NCBI GenBank assembly: GCA_951406725.2
Contig: OX597837.1
Coordinates: 36,084,001-36,148,000, forward strand
Length of the DNA stretch: 64,000 nt
Reading direction: 5' to 3'
DNA from: Octopus vulgaris
Taxonomy: Eukaryota
The position numbers were made by a program, and so were the translations under genes. Positions 50,694 to 64,000 of this stretch are shown piece by piece. Within the stretch, counting starts at the first letter, position 1; the number at the start of each line of letters is the position of its first letter. The notes beneath the pieces are model-generated. The model was not told the origin of the DNA, ran no database searches, and saw only the letters and a list, made by a program, of their open reading frames with translations.

Positions 50694-51274
50694 ATGACTG
50701 TTGTACTTACGGTCGCGAGATCGTGGGTTCGATTCCCAGACTTGGCGGTGCATTGTGACCAGCGATGTGTAGTTACAGTTCATCCTTCATCCAGATGACC
50801 TGGGACTGAACACACTTCAATCTCCTACCACGTCTTTTTATTTAGGCATAGTGTATCTAAGATTATAGTAACAATTGTGTCGTTCGCTCTGCTTTTACGC
50901 CAGCAGACTATTAATCCTGCTTAATACACATATATGCATATATAACTACACACACATATATACATGCATGCACACCCACACACACACAAATATATATATA
51001 TATATATATATACATGTATATATATGCATACATATAAATATATATATATATGAGGGTATGTGTGTATATATACACACACACGCACACACATACATATATA
51101 TATATACATACATACATATATATATGTATATATATATATGTGTAAATATAAATATGTGGATGTGTATGTATATATATATACACGCACACACAGACACATA
51201 TATACATATATATTTATATATGTGTGTATATACATACATATATATTTATGTATATATATATGTATATATATGTA

Positions 51275-51349
<75 letters not shown>

Positions 51350-51741
51350 GCACACACACATAATTATATATGCATGTATAATACAAATACATATCTATAA
51401 ATATGTATGTATATACACACACATATCTATGCATGCTTAAATTCATATATGCATACAGCATACATATACATGAATATGCACATGCATATATGTATACGTG
51501 TATGCCTGTATCTACATGCATATTTGTGTGTTTATGTGTGCATGTGTGTATGTATGTATGCGTGTGTAGAGGTGTGAGAATTTGTATATTATGGGTGTGA
51601 ATACGCATTTCCAGGCGAGGTCTATAAATATATATATGCATGAGGTATGCTCGAGTGTGTTGATATATATTCATACACACGTAAACACGCAAGCACCATA
51701 TATATAAATATATATAATATGTATGTATGTGCATGTATATG

Positions 51742-51791
<50 letters not shown>

Positions 51792-51828
51792 TACATACAT
51801 ACATACATACATACATACATACATACAT

Positions 51829-51863
<35 letters not shown>

Positions 51864-52243
51864 TATATATACATATATATAAATATGTATATTTATATAT
51901 ATAAATGTATGTGTATACCAGTGCGTATACGCATCCGACATAATAACAAAGCAGCAACAACAAAATGGCTGACTTGTTGAACGCAGCACAGGAAGTTGAT
52001 TCATAATTCATAAGAGGGAAGGTGGTAGCGATAATAAGGCATACATACACACATACACGCACACATACACGCACACACACACACATACATGCACACACAC
52101 ACACACACACACATACACGCACACACACACACATACGCGCACACACATACACGCACGCACACAAACATATACACGCACACACATACACACACACACATAC
52201 ACGCACACACACACACATACACGCATACATATACACACACACA

Positions 52244-52291
<48 letters not shown>

Positions 52292-52312
52292 CACATAGGT
52301 ATATAAATATAA

Positions 52313-52351
<39 letters not shown>

Positions 52352-52613
52352 ATCAAATTAGTCTTGATTAGATATGCAATTATCTTTGATCGTGTGTTGC
52401 TATTTTCGACATTACAGATTAGGGAGCAGGGCTCAGCGAGCTGCGAATATATCCGACCCTTTCATGGAATCCTTATCGCTCTTACGCCGACCAACCATCG
52501 ACATATTTAAACTAATATTAAAATGAATGATTAAAAAAGAAATTCTTGATTTAAATACAGATACGTCTTCGTTTCGTTTTTGTGTTTCATTTCCGCTTTT
52601 AAATAAGAAATAT

Positions 52614-53235
52614 AGGCGCAGGAGTGGCATGCTTACGAACCACATGGTTCCGGGTTCAGTCCTACTGCGTGCCACCTTGGGCAAGTGTTTTCTACTATAG
52701 CCTCGGGTCGACCAAAGCCTTGTGAGTGGATTTGGTAGACGGAAACTGAAAGAAGCGTGTCGTATATATGTATATGTATATATATGTGTGTTTGTTTGTC
52801 TGTGTTTGTCCCCCTTACCCAACATCGTTTGACAACCGATGCTGGTGTGTTTACGCCTCCGTAACTTAGAAATTCGGCAAAAGAAACCGATAGAATAAGT
52901 ACTAGGCTTACAAAGAATAAGTACTTGGGTTGATTTCCTCGACTAAAGACGGTGCTCCAGCATGGCCACAGTCAAATGACTGAAACAAGTAAAGAGTATT
53001 AAAAGACATTTAATGGAGACCTTCACACTGTTTGACAACCAGTGTTGGTTTGTTTATGTTCCTTAACTTAGAAGTGCGGCAAAAGAGACCGATTGGAACC
53101 GGATGGTATAAAAGCCATACTCAAAAAGAAAACAAGTACTATGGTCGATTTGTTGAACTAAAATTCTTCAAGGCGGTGCCCCAACATGGCCACGATCTAA
53201 TGACTGACATAAGAAAACGAAAGCAAAAGAAGATA
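52614..53235 (+). mobile_element. SINE family A (52614-52998) followed by an older diverged 3' half (53030-53235)
   Basis: AGGCGCAGGAGTGGC...GAAACAAGTAAAGAGTA, then TTTGACAACC..CGGCAAAAGAGACCGAT..GGCGGTGCCCCAACATGGCC. Confidence 0.85.
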
Positions 53236-53481
53236 AGTAGCGAATTTGACAAAGAAGAATAAAATTTCAGTGACCCGGATATTGATATTTCATTTTGAAA
53301 TGAGATAATACGAAAACGGAACCGAGAGACCATTATGGTCAAAGAATACTAAAAGCACATGTTCCACAGAGCCAGAGATGTCAACGGTTCGCAGACAACA
53401 GTTGAACCCGTTAAAATGTCGAGTGGTGTCGAAGAGATAGGAAAAGGCCACATAGACTATCCCATCCCGGGGATCAATATT

Positions 53482-54063
53482 CTTTTCTAATCTAGGCACA
53501 AGGCCCGAAATTTTGGGGGAGGGTACCAGTCAATTAGATTGACCCTAGTATGCAACTGTTATTTAACTTATCGACCCCGAAAGGATGAAAGGCAAAGTCG
53601 ACCTCAGCAGAATTTGAACTCAGAACGTAAAGACAGACGAAACACCTATTTCTTTACTACTCACAAGAGGTTAAACACAGAGGGGACAAACAAGGACAGA
53701 CAAACGGATTAAGTTGATTACATCGACCCCAGTGCGTAACTGGTACTTAATTTATCGACCCCGAAAGGATGAAAGGCAAAGTCGACCTCGGCGGAATTTG
53801 AACTCAGAACGTAACGGCAGACAAAATACCTATTTCTTTACTACCCACAAGGGGCTAAATACAGAGAGGACAAACAAGGACAGACAAACAGATTAAGTCG
53901 ATTATATCGACCCCAGTGCGTAACTGGTACTTAATTTATCGACCCCGAAAGGATGAAAGGCAAAAGTCGACCTCGGTGGAATTTGAACTCAGAACGTAAC
54001 GGCAGACGAAATGCCGCTAAGCATTTCGCCCGGCGTGCTTACGTTTCTGCCAACTCGCTGTCT
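53482..54063 (-). mobile_element. SINE family B trimer (head + 2x body/tail1 + body/tail2) with TSD
   Basis: Three ~183-bp body repeats (CCGAAAGGATGAAAGGCAAA at ~53577, 53761, 53945); ATCAATATT flanks at 53473-53481 and 54066-54074. Confidence 0.9.
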
Positions 54064-54547
54064 TAATCAATATTGACAACTTTGCTGATCTGTGTTAAAC
54101 AGTATGTCACGTGGCTACGGGTTACCGTGCACATTTGTCGGATGTTTAACTATTTCAAAACGAAATTTTGTGTTACTACGTGACTGTGTCATCATGCGAC
54201 CACCTTACCACGTGACCACGTGACCATGTGATCACGTGGCTCTCGGCATACAGACGGACACCGTGTTTCTATAACGGACATTATTTTCCTTCAATAAGAT
54301 TTTTAATTTTTTTCTTTTTGTATATTTGTCCATCTATATGTGTGTGTGTGTATGTATATCCGCTCTTGCGTGTGTGTATGTGTATCCGTGTGTGTGTGTG
54401 TATGTGTATCCGTGTGTGTGTGTGTGTGTGTATGTGTATCCTGTGTGTGTGTGTGTGTGTGCATACTTGTATATGTATGTATATGAGTGTGCTTTTGACT
54501 AAAATGCTTACTACTACTTCTTCTTATACTACTACTACTACCACTAT

Positions 54548-54595
<48 letters not shown>

Positions 54596-54597
54596 GG

Positions 54598-54665
<68 letters not shown>

Positions 54666-54672
54666 GCTGCTG

Positions 54673-54734
<62 letters not shown>

Positions 54735-54789
54735 GGTACTACTGTTGTTGTTGCTGTCATCATCATCATCATTATCATTATTATTATTA

Positions 54790-54975
54790 TTACTCCCGCC
54801 TTAGCGAAGGCGGAGGTACTGTTCTCAGCCGTGTTTGTTTTCTTTGTCCATGGACAAGATATCTCAAGAACTGCCGGATGGCTTCGAATGAAACTTTCAC
54901 GGATGTTTGGCCTCGTGACTGGCACAAACTGATTAGATTTTGGGATCGATCCAGTACCGGACAAGGATTCTGATT
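54790..54975 (+). mobile_element. Non-autonomous Helentron/DINE-1-like element fragment
   Basis: TTACTCCCGCCTTAGCGAAGGCGGAGG hairpin start, GTTTGTT run, GATATCTCAAGAACT..GGAT...ATGAAACTT..GATTAGATTTTGG..GATCC; layout recalled from DINE-1/HINE-type elements. Confidence 0.55.
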
Positions 54976-55146
54976 ACTTTTTTGTTATATTTACTTTACT
55001 TTACATGAAGTATTACGATCTTACGTTCACTTTCAAGTCTTTCTCTGATTATCTCCCTGGAAAGCACGTTCATGGTTTCTACTTCAGTATCCAGCTATAC
55101 CTGAGAATTGGAGCTTGATGTGCGCATGTATGCATACGTACAGATA

Positions 55147-55208
<62 letters not shown>

Positions 55209-55274
55209 TATATATACACATATATACATATATATATACACATATATACACATATATACATATATATGCACATA

Positions 55275-55305
<31 letters not shown>

Positions 55306-55307
55306 GC

Positions 55308-55340
<33 letters not shown>

Positions 55341-55556
55341 GAGAGAGAGAGATATAGATATATATATGTCCTTGTATGCATAAAAGTGTGTATATGCATA
55401 TTCATATACTTGTATATGTACAGGATGTGTGTGTGCGTGTGTGTGTGTGTGTTTCAATGTGTACATATGTTCTTGTGTATGTATGCACCAACATGTGTAT
55501 GTATACGTGTGTGTGAGAGTGCATATTGACATTGTGCTATTGTGTGCATGTATGGG

Positions 55557-55603
<47 letters not shown>

Positions 55604-55699
55604 GTGTGTGCGTATGGCTGTAGGTCTGCAGGTGTCTGTGTGCAAGTCTATGCATGAAAATATATATAGGTCTGTACGTGTTAGGTTGTACATATACAT

Positions 55700-55757
<58 letters not shown>

Positions 55758-55784
55758 TTATATCTATCTATCTATCTATCTTCA

Positions 55785-55818
<34 letters not shown>

Positions 55819-55822
55819 GATG

Positions 55823-55900
<78 letters not shown>

Positions 55901-55903
55901 CTG

Positions 55904-55952
<49 letters not shown>

Positions 55953-56397
55953 TAGATACATATATAGATAGATAGATAGATAGTTAGATGTATTTGTGTC
56001 TGTATATAGGTGCATGTGTGTGCATACATCTGTATAAACACGAGTGTGAATGCACCCAATGTGGATGTTGGTGTGCGTGTGCGTGTGCGTACGTGTGTGT
56101 GTGTGTGTGTCTGTGTGTGTGTGTGTATGTGTGTGCGTGCGTTTAGGTGTGTTCACTGCCTGAAGATGTGTGAACCAGATGCACATTATTTATGTTCGAC
56201 GTATCTTTTTAATTAAAAAAAAAATAGAACAATTTAATAGAAAAAAAAAGTTGCAAATGTATAAATAATTTTAAGTAAATAAATAAAAAAAAAAATGAAA
56301 ATGTAAACAACCATAAAATTAATAAAAGTAAAATAAATCAGGAAATGAAATTAATTAATCGGTAAATCATCAGAAGTAAATGTTAAATTGAACATAC

Positions 56398-56519
<122 letters not shown>

Positions 56520-56626
56520 CAAATATATATACATATACACATATAGAAAATATAAGATTTATAAATATTAAATATATACATATACAATGTATTTATATGC
56601 ATATATATATATTTATGTATATACAC

Positions 56627-56686
<60 letters not shown>

Positions 56687-56703
56687 ATATATATATGTAT
56701 ATA

Positions 56704-56833
<130 letters not shown>

Positions 56834-56945
56834 TGCTGCACTGAAGTTTGGGTGAAAGATTTGGCTGTTGTATTTACATACAGCCATGGACAAACAGACA
56901 CATACCCACACATTCTTTCTTTCTTTCTTTCTTTCTCTCCCTCCA

Positions 56946-56980
<35 letters not shown>

Positions 56981-57171
56981 CTCTCTCTGTATCTACACAC
57001 AAACACACACATACCCACACTTTCTTTCTTTCTCCCCCCTCTCTCTCTCTCTTTGTTTCTCTTTTTGTATCTATACACAAACACACTCATGCATATATAT
57101 GTATACACACCTCTCTCTCCCTCTCTCTCATCCTCTCTCTTACTCTCTGTATATATGCATGTGTGTTTTTG

Positions 57172-57209
<38 letters not shown>

Positions 57210-57242
57210 TATGTATGTATACATATATGTATATATATATAT

Positions 57243-57273
<31 letters not shown>

Positions 57274-57988
57274 GTATATATATATATACATATATATATA
57301 TATACATAATGTATATACACATGCATCTGCACACAATATAATGTGTATATATATATATATATATATACACATATTTTATATGTATGTATATGTTTATATA
57401 TAGGTGTGTATATATGGCTACAAATGTAGACACTCACACATTCATATATGCACATACAAAAATGCAGACACACATACACACACACACACATACACATACT
57501 CACATACACACAACACACACATCCACACACATAACGTGGACAAAAAACTCAGTATTTGGTGATTGAAGCTACAAGTCGTGGCGGGGTGCAAGTCGGTGGT
57601 GGTGGTCACCTTGGTGCAGACAGTCACTTCGCCTTCGATGAAATAATTAATTGCAGTTTAGTGCAGCATTGCATATAAAACAGCAGGCTATTGTTTCTAG
57701 CGAGGTTCCTGTGCAGCTGACTGCATCTGAGGTGCACCTCTGGCTAAACCGGAGCAGCTGCAGTTTGAAATTACCGTCGTAACATGCAGGGTACCCATGC
57801 AGCTGCTGCTGCTGCTGCTACTACTACTACTACTACTACTACTACCAACAATACCACCACCACTGCTACTACTACTACCATTACTTCTTCTGCTTGAACC
57901 AATGTCTTTAGCAACACCATCACCACTACCACCACAACCACCATCGTTACCACCACCACCACCATCACCACAACCACCACTTCTACTG

Positions 57989-58640
57989 TAACCGCCACCA
58001 TTAGCAACACTGCCACCACACCACTACCACCACCACTTCTGTTACAATCACGACCACTACCACCATCACAACCACAGCATCAGCACCACCATCACTACAA
58101 ACATCACTTCTACTATAACAGCCACCATTAGCAACACTGCCACCACACCACTACCACCACCACTTCTGTTACAATCACGACCACTACCACCATCACAACC
58201 ACCATCAGCACCACCATCACCACAACCACCACTTCTACTATAACCGCCACCATTAGCAACACTGCCACCACACCACTACCACCACCACTTCTGTTACAAT
58301 CACGACCACTACCACCATCACAACCACCATCAGCACCACCATCACCACAACCACCACTTCTACTATAACCGCCACCATTAGCAACACTGCCGCCACACCA
58401 CTACCACCACCACTTCTGTTACAATCACGACCACTACCACCATCACAACCACCATCACAACCACCATCACCACAACTATCACTTCTACTATAACCGCCAC
58501 CATTAGCAACACTGCCACCACACCACTACCACCACCACTTCTGTTACAATCACGACCACTACCACCACCACAACCACCATCAGCACCACCATCACTACAA
58601 ACATCACTTCTACTATAACCGCCACCATTAGCAAGACCGC
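57989..58640. repeat. 125-bp minisatellite (~5.2 copies) derived from (ACC)n
   Basis: TAACCGCCACCATTAGCAA recurs at 57989, 58116, 58241, 58366, 58491 and 58616. Confidence 0.95.
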
Positions 58641-59409
58641 CACCACACCACAACCATCACTACCACAACCATCAACACCACCTCTTCTATTACAACGACG
58701 ACCACTACCACCACCACCACAACTATCACTTCTACTACAATCACCACCACCACTATCACCACACCACAACCATCACTACCACCACAACCACCACCAACAA
58801 TAACAACAACACCACCGCCATCACCACCATCACCACAACCACCACCACTACCACCACCACCTCCACCACCACCACTGCCACCAACTACCACCACCACAGC
58901 TACTACTACTACTACTACCACCACCATCGATGGTAGCTGTAGAATTGATGGAAAGAACTGCTTATCGATTAAAAAGTTTTCAATTACGTCAACAAGCACA
59001 ATAACAGCAACAACAACAACAACAACAACAACAAAGAGAACAACAACCAAGAAACTAGAAGCACCAAAATGAAGAACTTTTACGTGGTCCTTAAACCTGC
59101 TAGAAAGAGCAGCCAAGTTCCTTTCTGTCTACACGCAACCATCTTCAAAAGAGAAGGAAACAGTTTGGATAATTTGGACACCGCTTCCGGATACAGCCTG
59201 ACAATAAGATGGGATGGCCATGGCTGGGACGGTTAGATTATAAATCTACTGATGAGGGTGGAATTGGGCGTAAGCAATTACGAAATATCAACGTTGGGAT
59301 CCGAGCCAGGAATGAATGGTGTCTCTGTGGAGGTTAGCCATAACCCGGGGGTCGGGGAAATTCTTTAACCAGTTGCCCCAAGGTATATTTATTTACACCG
59401 ACGATTATG

Positions 59410-59905
59410 TGAACATTGTTCGAAAACAATTGTTCGAAAACAGTTATTCGAAAAACATTTATTCGAATGGAAAATTGTACGAATGGAAATTATTCAAAAG
59501 GACAATTATACGAAATGTTAATTGGAATAATATATTTCTAAATCTCTCACAGAGATTTATGCAGTAACAGCACGATAAAGTGATAGTATATTGTCAACTT
59601 AATGTGACAGTCCCATAAAAGGGAAGAATGCTACTGTTATTTAGCCCTAGGAAACATCGTTTCCTGTTGGACTTGACACATTTCCCGTCTCCTTTTGTTT
59701 CCAAAGTGGAGATAAGCACCTCAACCCAGCAAAGCCAGCTTCCAGAGACTAGTTTCAGGATCATTGCTCATCATCAGTCTGGAGTAACATGGCTTGCTAG
59801 CCGTCGAAACAAAAATGATAAAATTAAAAATCAGGTACACAAATGATATTTATTTCGAATAACTGTTTTTCGAATAATTGTTTTCGAACAATTTTCAAGA
59901 TACGA
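59410..59905. mobile_element. Foldback-like element with inverted ~14-bp subrepeats (TTCGAAAACAATT), interrupted by a hammerhead-bearing insert
   Basis: ATTGTTCGAAAACAATTGTTCGAAAACAGTTATTCGAAA (59415-59453) versus TTTCGAATAACTGTTTTTCGAATAATTGTTTTCGAACAAT (59853-59892). Confidence 0.6.
59726..59800 (-). ncRNA. Type I hammerhead ribozyme motif (extended stem I, weak stem II)
   Basis: Minus strand CTAGCAAGCCA-TGTTAC-TCCAGA-CTGATGA-TGAGCAATGATCCT-GAAAC-TA-GTC-TCTGGA-AGC-TGGCTTTGCTGG: intact CUGAUGA and GAAA cores, GUC site, perfect 6-bp stem I plus 11-bp extension. Confidence 0.7.
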
Positions 59906-60239
59906 CGCCAACATTACACCCTTGATTTGAAAGGAAGAAAATCATTAATTCTTTCAATTCAAAAGGTTTATTGGATCCGTTTATATGAATCCATTTACAC
60001 GTCCATTACATGGGACTGATGCAGGAAGAATTTCTGTCGTAACAAGGAACATGCTTTTCATACAATTTTACTTATGTCTAATGGGTCCTCCTTACCCCCC
60101 AAGAATTTCATTTTTACCCCACCTGGGGTAATTTACTCCGGGTCGCCGACCCCTGCCATAAATCCTTCAGCTGAAGTTTATGGGTAATACAAAAGGATGC
60201 GAGGAATTTGATCTTTTCCTACCGGTAAAATCCATAATA

Positions 60240-60271
<32 letters not shown>

Positions 60272-60321
60272 AGAGATGATGGTGGTGGTGGTGGTGGTGG
60301 TGGTGGTGGTGGTGATGATTG

Positions 60322-60356
<35 letters not shown>

Positions 60357-60357
60357 G

Positions 60358-60412
<55 letters not shown>

Positions 60413-60602
60413 GATGATGATGGTGATGGTGATGATGGGGATGATGATGATGATGATGACGACGACGACGACGACGATGACGCGATGATGATGATGATGA
60501 GAATAATGATGATGATGATGATGGTGATGATAATGATGATGACGATGACGATGGTGATGATGGTGATGATGATGATGACGATGATGATGATGATGACGAT
60601 GG

Positions 60603-60636
<34 letters not shown>

Positions 60637-60653
60637 GGTGGTGATGATGATAG

Positions 60654-60719
<66 letters not shown>

Positions 60720-61168
60720 GAGCGCCAATCAAACCGTGTTCTTCTTTCTTTAAACCCTCGCCTCTCCTTCCCACCAATATTTTTAACCGACAGAAAGTCA
60801 GCCATTGTGAGGCTGACCCTAGCATCCTCGTAGGCGTTGCCGCCCTCGCATAGGAACGTAACCTAACAAATACCGAATGTCACCAAGCACAACGCCTTCC
60901 TGCAACCATTCCATAAATTCCTTGCCCGCGATTCGTGACTTTGGTCGATTCCGAAAGGTTGTAACGCAAAGATAACCTCTGCTGAAATCGAACCCGCAGA
61001 TAAGAGATCCGGCACCAAGATCGTTAGGTGATCTCCAAAGCGGTGCGGGAATAAGAAGTACCTGTATGTGAGTGTATATATGTATGTATGTATATATATA
61101 AGTGTGTATGTATGTATGTATGTATGTATGTATGTATGTATGTATGTATGTATGTATGTATGTATGTA

Positions 61169-61201
<33 letters not shown>

Positions 61202-61860
61202 ATGTATGTATGTATGTATGTATGTATGTATGTATTAATGTATGTATGTATGTATGTATGTATGTATGTATGCATGCATGCATGTATGTATGTATGTATG
61301 TATGTATGTATGTATTAATGTATGTATGTATATATGTATGTGAGTGTCTGTATGAATGTATGTATGTATGTATGTGTGTATGTGAATGTATGTATGTATG
61401 TATGTTATGTCTATGTATGTATGTATGTATGTGAGTGTATGTATGAATGTATGTATGTATGTATGTATGTATGTATGTATGTATGTATGTATGTATTTAA
61501 GTATGTATGTATGTGTGTATGTGTGTATGTTATGTCTATGTATGAGTGTATATATGTGCATATCCATGTATGAAGGTGTGTATGTGTGTGACTTTCTACG
61601 TATATAAGTGTGTATGTACTTATCCACATATATGCATCTACATATATATGTGTGCATGTGTGTGTGTGTTTGCGCACATATTTATATGCATGTATGTATA
61701 TATATACATACGTACGTTTGGTACAGTATTTAAATATATAAACGTGTCTTGCCAAACTTGTAACATGCTTCACATACTCTTGGTAATACAAACATATATA
61801 TATATATTTATATATATATATTATATGTATATATGAATGTATTATATATATATTTTCTCA

Positions 61861-61943
<83 letters not shown>

Positions 61944-62002
61944 TGGACACACACGGACACACGCCAATACATAGATCTATATGTCCGTGTTCCTCTGTGT
62001 GG

Positions 62003-62042
<40 letters not shown>

Positions 62043-62345
62043 GAGTGTGTGTGTGTGTGTGTGAGTGTGTGTGAGCACCGCGATACACTTAACGAATTCC
62101 TGGTTGGCAAACAACAACAACAACAAAAAATATATATATATACTAAGGTTTCTGCTACCATGCTCTCTGTGAGTAGCCGACATTTCAATTATCTTGCTGC
62201 TCAGATTGTAGAAAGTGGTATGTCGAATCTATACACACACACACACACACACATATATATACATACATATACATACATATATAAATATACATACATATAT
62301 ATATATGTGTGTATACACACACACATATGTATGTATATGTATATG

Positions 62346-62386
<41 letters not shown>

Positions 62387-62517
62387 TCACATGGCATCTG
62401 TTTATGAGAATATCTGTAAACAAGATGTCAACACCCCCCAACCTTTCTTCACCCGCACCACTCCAACTAACCACTGCATAACGGTGTGTTGACAAACTTT
62501 AAACCAAGGTACAAAAT

Positions 62518-62569
<52 letters not shown>

Positions 62570-62685
62570 TATACTTATATACACATACATACATACATAT
62601 ATATGTATATATATATATGTATACACACATATAGATACACATATATCTATATATTTATATAGATATGCATATATATTTATATAAA

Positions 62686-62765
<80 letters not shown>

Positions 62766-62898
62766 ATATATGCATATATGTAAGAATATGATGTGTATAT
62801 AATAATTATATGTATATATGAATGTATTATAAATGTATATATATATCTATATAAATAAATAAATATGTATATACATATGTATACACAGATATATATAC

Positions 62899-62941
<43 letters not shown>

Positions 62942-63900
62942 TATATGCAAATATATACATACACGTGTGTTTGTGTGTATGTATGCATACATGTGTGTGT
63001 GTGTCTGTGTTGAATCTAATCACTAAATTCAATCACTATTTCAGATACTTATTCGGCGTATTAGTTTCGCTTTATTTGCTTCTGACAGTTTTGCTAAACC
63101 TTCTTCAACTATGCTAAGAGAGGAAAAATAAACCTCGCACACGCACAAACACTCTCACAGCTCTCTGCATCGCCTATACACACGCGCCTAAACATACAGA
63201 CACACGCACGTATAGATATGTATATATATATATATATGTATATATATGAGTGTTTGTATTTATTATCAGACATAAGGAGGACTAGATCATTAAAAGAATT
63301 TAAAATAGTTAATGCAGGTGGAAGAACAACGTTTGGCAATAGTTAACAGAGAGGCAGATTGATAGATAGTCACGTAAATAAACACATATACATACATGTG
63401 TGCACGTATATAAGTAGATTTATATACATTCATACAAAATGTACGAACATGGAGGAAGCAGACGAACGGAAACGGATAGATAGATAGATGGGAAGATGTG
63501 TAGATGTACGGGTAAATATATTGATAAATCGACAGATTAGCAGATAGATACTTTGCTTACTACATACGCAGACATGTTTAAACTAAATAACTGATTGATT
63601 TATAGCTAGTTAGAATGTAAGTTGTTTGGTATGTATGTAGGAAGGTAGTTACGTACGTAAGTACGTAGGTAGGTATGTAGGTAGGTATGTAGGTAGGTTG
63701 GTAGGTAGGTAGGACAAACAAAGAGACAGACAGACATACAGACAGATAGATAGATACATACATTCATACATACATACATACGTACATACATACATACATA
63801 CATACATACATACATACCTACGTACATACATACATGCATAGGACAAACAGGCAGCGATATAGCGAGGCAGACAGACAGACAGATAAATAGATAGACAAAC

Positions 63901-63978
<78 letters not shown>

Positions 63979-64000
63979 GACAAACAGACAGAAATATAGC

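Noticed and set aside
59248-59275. CTGATGAG motif as a hammerhead core
   Set aside because: No stem II followed by GAAA and no stem I pairing.
60819-61070. Possible coding exon on the minus strand (QVLLIPAPLWRSPNDLG...)
   Set aside because: Contains a decayed SINE B-like segment (GGGTTCGATTTCAGCAGAGG..CCTTTCGGAATCGA) and no recognisable protein motif.

Overview
Repeat-saturated, essentially non-coding eukaryotic DNA. The repeat families and the dense (TA)n/(CA)n/(TAGA)n/(TACA)n/trinucleotide tracts match my recollection of a coleoid cephalopod, most likely Octopus; this is an inference, not a database result. I can support no intact host protein-coding gene, and almost the whole ORF track is microsatellite artefact. 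Supportable content: (i) at least four tRNA-derived SINE head types, ~30 copies in total; (ii) a near full-length decayed DD34D mariner (14179-15447), a decayed IR/DR-type Tc1 (15612-17003), two more mariner fragments and a pogo/Tigger N-terminus; (iii) MITEs with TA, TTAA and other ends; (iv) fragments of RLE-type (R4/Dong-like), RTE, CR1/Jockey-type and Penelope-like retroelements. Most interesting: several type I hammerhead ribozyme motifs (best at 59726-59800), modular SINEs in which one head carries different 3' tails, TSD-bounded SINE concatemers, a tandem piggyBac-type MITE array with a conserved spacer, a 24-bp foldback array, a perfect 58-bp inverted repeat, and a SINE-free island (~5.2-9.3 kb) that may be a promoter and first exon of a minus-strand gene.
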